A DNA stretch of 64,000 nt, taken from assembly GCA_964405845.1 (NCBI GenBank), contig CAYOPL010000029.1, forward strand, positions 31,056 to 95,055, read 5' to 3'. Below, piece by piece: positions 56,835 to 64,000 of this stretch. The notes under the pieces are model-generated. The model was given only the letters and a program-made list of their open reading frames with translations. It was not told the origin of the DNA and made no database searches. This stretch comes from an uncultured Dehalococcoidia bacterium (GTDB lineage Bacteria > Chloroflexota > Dehalococcoidia > UBA6926). The translations under genes were made by a program, and so were the position numbers. Position 1 is the stretch's first letter. Every line of letters begins with the position of its first letter.

Positions 56835-57452
56835 GTGGTATCTGAACCAAGTGTCCTTTTTGACCCCCAACCGGTGACACTGACAGGGCATCTAGTACGA
56901 CTTGAACCAATTGGATTGGAACATGCAGCAGACATATACGGTGCAGGTGTGGACGAGTCTATTTGGACTTACTTACCCCGAGGAGCTTTTGGCAGTGTTG
57001 AGGATGCAGAACAGTGGATTGAGGACTGTGTGGCGCAGTTGGTTGGCGGCAAGAGGATTCACTTTGCAGTACTGCTAAGAGAAACAGGCAGAGCGGTCGG
57101 TTCAACCGGGTATCTGGATATTGATAGGACGCACCGCACACTTGAGATAGGCATGACCTGGTATGGCCTTGCGTGGCAGCGGACTGGGGTGAACACCGAG
57201 TGCAAGTACCTTATGTTGAAACACGCGTTTGAAGACTGGGGAGCACGTCGGGTTAGCTTAAAGACAGATAGTCGCAACGAGCGAGCCAGGCAGGCGATAT
57301 TGAGGTTGGGAGCGATAGAAGAGGGGATTCTGCGGAACCACCGCATAGCGCGCGACGGTGTGGATCGGCATTCAGTCTTCTACAGTGTCATCGACAACGA
57401 ATGGGCCAGGGTCAAGCAACGGCTCGAAGGGATGATGCGGCGAGAGGAATAA
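56835..57452 (+). CDS. GNAT family N-acetyltransferase (RimJ/RimL-like)
   Basis: ORF 56724..57452 overlaps the moaC 3' end; GTG 56835 is proposed as the start. Motifs: LVRLEPIGLEHA, GYLDIDRTHRTLEIG, QRTGVNTECKYLMLKHAFE..GARRV. GC is about 50% in two hand-counted lines. Confidence 0.75.
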   Translation: MVSEPSVLFDPQPVTLTGHLVRLEPIGLEHAADIYGAGVDESIWTYLPRGAFGSVEDAEQWIEDCVAQLVGGKRIHFAVLLRETGRAVGSTGYLDIDRTHRTLEIGMTWYGLAWQRTGVNTECKYLMLKHAFEDWGARRVSLKTDSRNERARQAILRLGAIEEGILRNHRIARDGVDRHSVFYSVIDNEWARVKQRLEGMMRREE

Positions 57453-57455
57453 GAA

Positions 57456-57671
57456 TCAGCCTGCCTTGATGGTGCGCAGCGGCAAAGCCTCGGTTTCAAG
57501 CGTGGTCAAATCGAGGTGCTGGGACGCATTGTCGATATCGAATCCTACGATCATGCCGTCGGAATCCAGATCAACGTTCAGTCCCTCAGCCACCACACGC
57601 GTATCCGAGCTGGGGCCGCTTTTGAACTCAACGTAGAGGCTATCGGTCTCAGGATAATACTGAAGTTTCAT
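57456..57671 (-). CDS. DUF2283 domain protein
   Basis: 71 aa: MKLQYYPETDSLYVEF ... GMIVGFDIDNAS, the typical DUF2283 pattern. Confidence 0.7.
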   Translation of the reverse strand: MKLQYYPETDSLYVEFKSGPSSDTRVVAEGLNVDLDSDGMIVGFDIDNASQHLDLTTLETEALPLRTIKAG

Positions 57672-57695
57672 GTGTGATTCTCTTTCGGATGTGAC

Positions 57696-58577
57696 CTAGT
57701 CCCTGCTGCTTAGCAGGAAGCGGCGGGCGATGTTGGCGGTTTCGTCCGGGACCTGCATGTAGATTGCGTGGCCGACGTCCGGCATCACAAGGAACTCGCC
57801 GCGGGGCAGGGCCTCTGCAAGCGGTCGCAGGTGTGATTCCAGCAAGCGGTTTTCCTCCGCCACCACAATCAAGGTTGGCATCGTGAGGCGTTCCGCGCCG
57901 TCTTGCAAACGGAACACATCGGTGGCCATCTCTTCCGGGCCGTAGGCGTTGACGCTCCACGTCGCCTGCGCGCGCCCGTCCGGCAGGACGATGGTCTCCT
58001 CATTCAGGACATCCTCCAATGCTTCGGGCGTCCAGACCTTTGTCATGTTGTTATTCGCGAGACGGGTCTTGAGATCGTCGAGGGAACTCCACGTGTTGCG
58101 GCGGCCGGGGCCGGGCTTCTCTGTCAGGTCTTCGTTCAGCATGTTGACACGCACCCAATGCGCGGGGCCGTCCGGCACCGGCTCCACCATGACCATGCCG
58201 AGCACGCGATCCGGGTGGTTTGTGGCGTAGAGCCCGCTGATCGCGCCGCCGTAGGAGTGGGACATGATGTAGTGCGGCGGCAGGTCGAGTTCCTCGACGA
58301 TACCGGCCATGTCCTGAGCGCCCTCTTTGGCGCGATAGCCGCTTTCCGGCCCGTCCGACTCGCCGTGCCCGCGCATGTCCAAGGCGATGACGCGGAAGTC
58401 ATTGCGGAGCCGCCGCGCCACGGCGTTCCAGCTGCGGCTCGTGCGCCGTCCGCCGTGGACAAGCAGCAGCGGGGTCCCGTCCCCGCCCCAGTCGAGCGCG
58501 TGAAAGGTCAGACCCTCCACGATGACAAAGTGGCTCGTGCGTCCCTCGGATTGCTCGCGTGTGATGACTTCAGGCAC
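57696..58577 (-). CDS. Alpha/beta-fold hydrolase
   Basis: 293 aa. Motifs: PLLLVHGG, nucleophile elbow MSHSYGG, C-terminal catalytic His in PDVGHAIY. Confidence 0.8.
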   Translation of the reverse strand: MPEVITREQSEGRTSHFVIVEGLTFHALDWGGDGTPLLLVHGGRRTSRSWNAVARRLRNDFRVIALDMRGHGESDGPESGYRAKEGAQDMAGIVEELDLPPHYIMSHSYGGAISGLYATNHPDRVLGMVMVEPVPDGPAHWVRVNMLNEDLTEKPGPGRRNTWSSLDDLKTRLANNNMTKVWTPEALEDVLNEETIVLPDGRAQATWSVNAYGPEEMATDVFRLQDGAERLTMPTLIVVAEENRLLESHLRPLAEALPRGEFLVMPDVGHAIYMQVPDETANIARRFLLSSRD

Positions 58578-58622
58578 AGGACCTCCAGGTGTGTGTTATG
58601 TGGCTGCGCTTGGGGCAGAGGA

Positions 58623-59150
58623 TCAGGCGGGATACCACTGACGCCTCTCCAGCATTCCTCTGAGATACGCCATTTCCCCCGCGTGCATGGAGCAATCGTT
58701 CATGACACTGACGAGACGGACGCCAACGGTCGGCATCGGGTCCCACCGCGGCTCGTTCAGCACGCGGTCGAGCGCCTCCGGCGTGATGGTCCGCAGGTAC
58801 TCCTGCGTGCGGGCGTAGACGGCATCGTAGTAGTCGAGGATGACGGACGCCTCCGGCGACTGGAAGGCACGCACCTGGTCCATGGAGTCGCCGACGCCGA
58901 TGGCCTCCGGGTCGGCGGGCATTCCGAACCGCTCATGCCATCCTTCCTCAATCCATGCCTGCTCTCGTCCGGCAAGGATGGAGATTTCGTGATCCTGGAC
59001 GCGGGTCAGGTGCCAGCCATTCCATCCAAGCGGGTTTGATTCCGGGTCCGGCTGCCGCATCAACTGCTCGACTGTCAAACCGTCGATGCACCTGGCAAGC
59101 AAGCCCCTCACGCGGCCAAAGTGATCAATAGTCAGATCCGTGATATCCAT
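58623..59150 (-). CDS. DinB-family (four-helix bundle) protein
   Basis: 175 aa with a DinB_2-like layout and His residues spaced as in the DinB metal triad (WHLTRVQDHE ... MHAGEMAY). Confidence 0.7.
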   Translation of the reverse strand: MDITDLTIDHFGRVRGLLARCIDGLTVEQLMRQPDPESNPLGWNGWHLTRVQDHEISILAGREQAWIEEGWHERFGMPADPEAIGVGDSMDQVRAFQSPEASVILDYYDAVYARTQEYLRTITPEALDRVLNEPRWDPMPTVGVRLVSVMNDCSMHAGEMAYLRGMLERRQWYPA

Positions 59151-59192
59151 CTGGGTCCTCCGTCACTCTCCCGTTGTCCGGTTGTCCCCGGC

Positions 59193-60008
59193 TCAGACCT
59201 TTTGGTGCTGCGTCGTGTACCAGGGCAGGCCGTTCACCATTTCGATCTTGTAGTCGGAGAAGAGGACAGGATAGCGGTCCTGGGCGATCTCGCCGATCTT
59301 GCCGAAAACGACGCGGATTTCCTCTTCGGAGCTGGGGTCAGTGCGCGCCTCGAGGATATGGCGCAGGGCGCGGATATTCGTGCTCCAGCCGATGCTCGTC
59401 GAGACACCGATCGGGGCGATGCGCCGCATGGCGGACGTGATTTCCTTCTTGCGTGAGAACTGCGCGCCGTCCTCATCCAGTTGGTAGTGTTCCGCCATCA
59501 TGATCTGCAGCTCTTCCAGCTTCTTGAAGGTGTCTACGAAGACTTCCATGATGTGCTCGTCCTCGCGGACGGCGGTGGGCGCCCACATGCCAAGGTCATC
59601 GAGGCGGACGAATCGCAGGCTTTCCTGAGAAATGGCCGTGCCGGCGCGATGGCGAACCAGTTCATGCGTGAAGACGCGGCTGATGCCGGTGATGGCGAAA
59701 TTCAGGACACTGTGCTCCAGCACGGAGCCATGGCCGGTGGCGATGATGTTCTTAAGGTGGGCGGCGTTGTTGGGGCGGACGCGCGTGACGTTCGGGTTGA
59801 GGCCGGGTTCAAAGCTCCGGTAGCAGAGACGCCCCATGAATTCGGCGAGTCCTTCAACGTCCGAATATGCGTCCGTTGACCAATCGGGCGCGCCAATGTG
59901 CTCAAGGTAGGCGCTAAGCCCCTCCGGTATAATCCTGGTCTCGCCGATCAGGAAAACGTGCGGTTCCACGCCGTGCATGTGGTACCCCCTCACGAACAAA
60001 CTGTCCAC
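59193..60008 (-). CDS. thyX: FAD-dependent thymidylate synthase ThyX
   Basis: 271 aa; the start may be ATG 59978. ThyX signature RHRxxSxxxxSxR is present as LVRHRAGTAISQESLRFV. Confidence 0.9.
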   Translation of the reverse strand: MDSLFVRGYHMHGVEPHVFLIGETRIIPEGLSAYLEHIGAPDWSTDAYSDVEGLAEFMGRLCYRSFEPGLNPNVTRVRPNNAAHLKNIIATGHGSVLEHSVLNFAITGISRVFTHELVRHRAGTAISQESLRFVRLDDLGMWAPTAVREDEHIMEVFVDTFKKLEELQIMMAEHYQLDEDGAQFSRKKEITSAMRRIAPIGVSTSIGWSTNIRALRHILEARTDPSSEEEIRVVFGKIGEIAQDRYPVLFSDYKIEMVNGLPWYTTQHQKV

Positions 60009-60126
60009 AAAAACTGTAGCACGGGCGGGCGAAAGTAGGGGGACGCGGTTGAAACTTTACTGCGCTCATACATGAGCTTAACAACTGGTTAACGTCAATT
60101 GGTGAATACAGTGTTATGCTTGTTAT

Positions 60127-60879
60127 GTGGAAACTGAATACATTACCTCCACCGTGAATTATCCAAGGGCGATCAAGACGGTCGCTCACCGGGGCGCGAA
60201 GGCGCTGGCGCCCGAGAATTCGTTACTCGCATTCACCACAGCCGCCGAGCTTGGCGTTGCCGCAATAGAGACCGACGTCCGTCTGACCGCGGACGGGCAG
60301 CCTGCCATCATCCATGACCCAACACTGACCAGGACATACGGGCACAAGGCACACGTTGCCGCCACGAAGATGGCGGATCTGCAGGCGCTTGGTGTGCCAT
60401 CCCTCTCCATCATGCTCGACGCTTTCGCCGCCGACTTTGATGTAATCATCGACCTCAAGGAGAAGAGCAAGAGGCTCGCTGAGTCGGTAGGGCGCGTCGT
60501 CGCCCAGTCAGGCCGGGCCGAGCGGTGTTACGTGACAGGATCAGACCTGAATCTGTTGCGCCGCGCGCAGGCGCTTGCAGAGGGACTGCAACTCAGTTGG
60601 ACTATCGGAGCGCGCCACGGAACGCTGACGCCCGCCGCGGTGGTTGAGGCGTCCGTCGTTGGAGTGTCGGAATTGGCGGTGCAGGCGCCCGAAGTGAGCG
60701 CGGAACTGGTGGCACAGGCCGGGTCGCTGGGCATAGACGTTCGCGCATACGGAATCAGGACACCGGTGCACGCGCAAGAGCTGGTCGCTCTCGGCTGCAC
60801 GACGCTGACTCTGGATGACCCACGCTGGGCAATGATGCCCAGGCAGTTGAATTTGCCCCTCGTTCCCACGGCTGCGTAG
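60127..60879 (+). CDS. Glycerophosphodiester phosphodiesterase family protein
   Basis: 250 aa. Motif: VAHRGAKALAPENSLLAF..GVAAIETDVRLTADGQPAIIHD. Confidence 0.75.
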   Translation: METEYITSTVNYPRAIKTVAHRGAKALAPENSLLAFTTAAELGVAAIETDVRLTADGQPAIIHDPTLTRTYGHKAHVAATKMADLQALGVPSLSIMLDAFAADFDVIIDLKEKSKRLAESVGRVVAQSGRAERCYVTGSDLNLLRRAQALAEGLQLSWTIGARHGTLTPAAVVEASVVGVSELAVQAPEVSAELVAQAGSLGIDVRAYGIRTPVHAQELVALGCTTLTLDDPRWAMMPRQLNLPLVPTAA

Positions 60880-60950
60880 AGCCCCCCTCACCCCAACCCT
60901 CTCACTAAGAGAGGGCGCTTTTCCTGACCGCTTCGCGGCATATACTGGCC

Positions 60951-61904
60951 TTGATGGCTGCTGTTGGGGATTCCCGGTTCGATTCTGATACTGCCGGCGC
61001 GCCCGCGTTGGAGGCGCGCCGCCTGCGAAAGCAGTTCGGCGGCAGGAATGTCGTCAATGATGTCTCTTTGCGCGTCAATAGCGGCGAGGTCGTTGGGCTT
61101 GTTGGGCCCAACGGCGCGGGCAAGACAACCACAATCCGGATGATGCTCGGCATACTCGCTCCTGATGAGGGCGAGGCGCGAGCGTTCGGCGGGCCGCTCA
61201 CGGAGGAAACACAGGAACGCATCGGCTACCTCCCGGAAGAGCGCGGTCTCTATGAAGGGCTGCGCCTTACCGTGGTTCTGTCATACCTGGGGCAGCTAAA
61301 GGGCCTGAGCCGCCGTGAAGCCGCAATTCGAACGGGAGAGATGCTTGACGCCGTCGGCATGTCGGAGCACGCCCACAAGAAAGTGCGCGAACTGAGCCGC
61401 GGCATGACGCAGCTTGTCCAGTTCGGGGCTACTCTGCTGCACAGGCCTGACATCCTCGTGCTGGACGAACCATTCTCCGGCCTTGATCCGGTCAACGCGC
61501 GCCGCATGAAGGAGCTTGTGCTCGAGGAAAAGGAACGCGGCGCGGCGATTATTTTCTCCACCCACCAAATGACGGACGTGGAGGAACTTTCCGACCGTGT
61601 GTTGATGATCGACGGCGGGGAGGTGGCGTTGGACGGCGCGCCGTCCGAGCTCCGACGGCGGTATCGCGGCGACACAATCCGTGTTGAATCTCCGGACGCG
61701 CCGCCGGAACGAATCAGTGGAGTAGGGGAGATTGAACGCTCTGCGGACACTATCTCAATGCGTCTCACAGAGGGAAGCACGGCGGAGCAGGTACTCAAGC
61801 AGTTGCTCGACGCCGGGATGCGCATAGAGCGATTCGAGGTGGCACTGCCGACACTGGAGGAGATTTTCATCCGTGAGGTCCAGGGGCGGAGAGACAAGGC
61901 ATGA
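60951..61904 (+). CDS. ABC transporter ATP-binding protein (ABC-2/NatA-like)
   Basis: 317 aa. Motifs: Walker A GPNGAGKTT, signature LSRGMTQ, Walker B ILVLDEPFSGLD, H-loop STHQM. Confidence 0.9.
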   Translation: MMAAVGDSRFDSDTAGAPALEARRLRKQFGGRNVVNDVSLRVNSGEVVGLVGPNGAGKTTTIRMMLGILAPDEGEARAFGGPLTEETQERIGYLPEERGLYEGLRLTVVLSYLGQLKGLSRREAAIRTGEMLDAVGMSEHAHKKVRELSRGMTQLVQFGATLLHRPDILVLDEPFSGLDPVNARRMKELVLEEKERGAAIIFSTHQMTDVEELSDRVLMIDGGEVALDGAPSELRRRYRGDTIRVESPDAPPERISGVGEIERSADTISMRLTEGSTAEQVLKQLLDAGMRIERFEVALPTLEEIFIREVQGRRDKA

Positions 61905-63136
61905 ATAAGGCGCTGGTCGTTGCCCGGCATGAGTTCACGACGATGATTTCGCGGACGGGTTTCCTGGTCATGACCGCGCTGGTGCCGATCGGCATGCTTC
62001 TGCTTGTGGGCGGCATTGGAGCGTATGCCTTCTTTATTGCTTCCGATGAGGACGAGATACCGGAGATACAGACGGTTGGCTATGTGGATCTCGCCGGTGT
62101 CATCGCCGAACCCGGGACGATTGGACTCACGGAATATGTCCCAGTTCAGACTCAGGATCAGGCGCGCGCGGCGGTCGCGTCCGGCGATTTGGACGCGGCT
62201 TATGTGATCGAACGGCATTACCTTTCCACCGGGCGGGTCACCCAGATTGTCAAGGGTGGGCAGGGCTTGAACATCACGGGGGTGGGCAGTGGCTCACTGA
62301 GAGAGTTCCTCCGGGCCAATCTCGTGGCAGGAGCAGTGGACGACGAACGTGCTGAGCGTGTCCTTTTTCCGGCGCTCATCACCACGCTTGAGGTGGGTGA
62401 GGGCGGTCAACCCGCGGACGACCCATTCGATCCCGCAACGCTCATCTTCTTCATGGCGATGGCGTTCGCCGTGATCTTCTCCGTCCTCACCATCACCGGC
62501 TACCTGCTACAGGGACTGAACGAGGAGAAGGAGAACCGCGTCATGGAGATCCTGCTCTCCACAGTTACCCCGGATCAGCTGATGCTGGGCAAGCTGGTGG
62601 GTCTGGGACTGGCGGGAATCGTGCAGATAGGCGTATGGATGGGTTCAGCCGTTGGCCTTCTGTTCGGGGCGTCGATATTCCTCGACGATATTCCAACCCT
62701 GGGGCTGCCCCCCTTGCCCCTCATCCTCGTGGCGTTTGCCTACTTCCTGCTTGGCTATGCGTTCTTCGCGGCGCTGATGGCAGCGCTCGGCGCAGTCACA
62801 ACGTCTCAGCGGGAGTCGCAGCAACTGACGGTCATCGTCATCCTGCCCGCCGTCGCCCCGTTCTGGTTCTCGTTCTCAATCATTGAGGACGCGGGCGGCA
62901 TTTTGCCTCAGATCATGACGTACATCCCGTTCACCGCGCCCACGATGTCTTTGGCGCGCCTCGCGCTTGATGCCATGGGACCTCTGGAAATCGCCGCGAG
63001 TCTCATTACATTGACGATTTCGGTCATCGTTGCCGTGAAGCTGGCGCAGCGCCTCTTCCGCAGCTACCTGCTCGTCTACGGACATCGCCCGCCGCTCATG
63101 CAGCTTCTGAGAACCGCGATGACAGGACGGGTCTAA
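61901..63136 (+). CDS. ABC-2 type transporter permease (NatB-like)
   Basis: 411 aa. One N-terminal TM helix, a ~150-aa extracytoplasmic segment, then five or six TM helices. The start overlaps the ATPase stop (ATGA). Confidence 0.8.
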   Translation: MNKALVVARHEFTTMISRTGFLVMTALVPIGMLLLVGGIGAYAFFIASDEDEIPEIQTVGYVDLAGVIAEPGTIGLTEYVPVQTQDQARAAVASGDLDAAYVIERHYLSTGRVTQIVKGGQGLNITGVGSGSLREFLRANLVAGAVDDERAERVLFPALITTLEVGEGGQPADDPFDPATLIFFMAMAFAVIFSVLTITGYLLQGLNEEKENRVMEILLSTVTPDQLMLGKLVGLGLAGIVQIGVWMGSAVGLLFGASIFLDDIPTLGLPPLPLILVAFAYFLLGYAFFAALMAALGAVTTSQRESQQLTVIVILPAVAPFWFSFSIIEDAGGILPQIMTYIPFTAPTMSLARLALDAMGPLEIAASLITLTISVIVAVKLAQRLFRSYLLVYGHRPPLMQLLRTAMTGRV

Positions 63137-63143
63137 CGCGCTA

Positions 63144-63569
63144 TTACTGTCCGCCGTGGCGAAGCAGTCGCTCCCCGATGATCAGGCCGAGCACGACGTA
63201 GATAGCATCCATCAGCGGGAAGTAGATGATATGCGATAGCGCGGCGTCGCCTGTTTCGCTGCTCGTGTCCAAGAGCCAAAAATACTGCCAGTAGAACAGC
63301 ATCATCACGACGACGGAAGCATAGAAGAGCCCGTTGGCGATGGCGCAGGTGTAGTTGTCCGTCTGCTCTGGATCGAGTCGCCATCGGTAGAGAAACGTCA
63401 AAACGACCATCAGGATCACGCCCAAGGCCATGAAGTAATTCATGATCGTCCAGTTCGGGTACTCGGGCGAACCGTCATGGATGAGTGGCGTGATTATGAG
63501 CAGCAGGGCGACCGCAATCGCAGTCAGCAGGAGATAGGCTCCAAAGAGGCGGGTGACTATCTGTGCCAT
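63144..63569 (-). CDS. Hypothetical small membrane protein (about 4 TM helices)
   Basis: ORF 63144..63719; preferred ATG 63569 with GGAGAA upstream (MAQIVTRLFGAYLLLTAIAV...). Confidence 0.5.
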   Translation of the reverse strand: MAQIVTRLFGAYLLLTAIAVALLLIITPLIHDGSPEYPNWTIMNYFMALGVILMVVLTFLYRWRLDPEQTDNYTCAIANGLFYASVVVMMLFYWQYFWLLDTSSETGDAALSHIIYFPLMDAIYVVLGLIIGERLLRHGGQ

Positions 63570-63752
63570 CGTTTTCTCCTTCCTCAGTCTCACTCGACGA
63601 CGGATTCGGTTTCTAGGGTACTCCAACGGAAAACTGAGCGACACGAGCTTGAGGTAAGAGCAGTGTTTTTGAGACCGAATCAAAAATCTGTGGAACAACA
63701 GACTATAATGAATGGACATGGCTCGTAGATATACTGGATTTCGATAGTTCGC

Positions 63753-64000
63753 ATGACCGCATCATCCCCCCCGGAAGGCAAGTATGACGGCTCGTACGGT
63801 CTGACTATCCCTACCGATTACATCGAGGGGTACGGACGTGCCAGTAAGGCCAATAAGGCCATCGCAGACAACTACATTGCCCATCATCTGATCGCCGACC
63901 CCGAGGCGGACGCCGTCATCGCGGAGTTGGGCGATATGGATCGCGCGCAATCCGCCATGCTCATTCGAGCGGCGATGGATGATCCGGACGGCAGCGTCCT
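63753..64000 (+). CDS. Hypothetical protein, 3'-truncated by the window edge (possibly MpaB/DUF2236-like)
   Basis: The frame is open from ATG 63753 to the window end, so it is not in the ORF track because no stop is present: MTASSPPEGKYDGSYGLTIPTDYIEGYGRASKANKAIADNYIAHHLIADPEADAVIAELGDMD... A TATAAT lies at 63704-63709. The family guess is weak. Confidence 0.4.
   Translation, partial: MTASSPPEGKYDGSYGLTIPTDYIEGYGRASKANKAIADNYIAHHLIADPEADAVIAELGDMDRAQSAMLIRAAMDDPDGSV

Noticed and set aside
60970-60995. tRNA-like T-arm string (CCGGTTCGATTCTG).
   Set aside because: No complementary T-stem, acceptor stem or anticodon arm can be drawn around it. It lies inside the 5' end of the ABC ATPase ORF.

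Overview
This is a GC-rich (hand-counted lines about 62-68% GC) bacterial chromosomal segment, densely coding on both strands. I found no rRNA, tRNA, CRISPR array, transposase, integrase or prophage genes. The taxon cannot be established from this window. Several lipoproteins with long low-complexity tethers, a mycoredoxin-like protein, an EtfD-type oxidoreductase and a class V FBP aldolase/phosphatase suggest a monoderm Chloroflexota/Actinomycetota-like organism (low confidence).

Most genes are housekeeping:
- Replication and RNA turnover: priA (5'-truncated), rpsO-pnp.
- Amino acid and nucleotide synthesis: dapB-asd-yggS-dapA, purA, prs-pyrB, pyrF, thyX.
- Envelope and respiration: secA, hflKC, etfD/etfBA, ctaB.
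- Cofactor, tRNA and nucleotide housekeeping: tgt, rdgB-moaA-moaC.

Candidates for undescribed biology, in my order of interest:
1. 12583-16112: an operon encoding a fusion of a heme-oxygenase-like iron redox domain with an enolase-superfamily (MLE-subgroup) domain, followed by a GH3 acyl-acid amido synthetase.
2. 10118-12415: an orphan ZnuA/TroA-type metal-binding lipoprotein whose His-rich loop contains a nested beta-propeller-like domain of about 380 aa. It is divergent from a secreted lipoprotein built of three tandem sCache_2-like repeats, and the shared AT-richer intergenic region carries Fur-family 7-1-7 boxes.
3. 49074-51684: a ThrC-family PLP enzyme, a stand-alone NIL protein and a CysO-like sulfur carrier, split by a low-GC BrnT/BrnA toxin-antitoxin pair.
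4. 2861-6501: a translationally coupled ChlI-like AAA+/VWA pair bracketed by two direct copies of a 31-nt hairpin repeat.
5. 42781-44835: an EF-G paralogue lacking the catalytic His and the NKxD Asn.

All functional calls come from motif recognition by eye. No database search was run.
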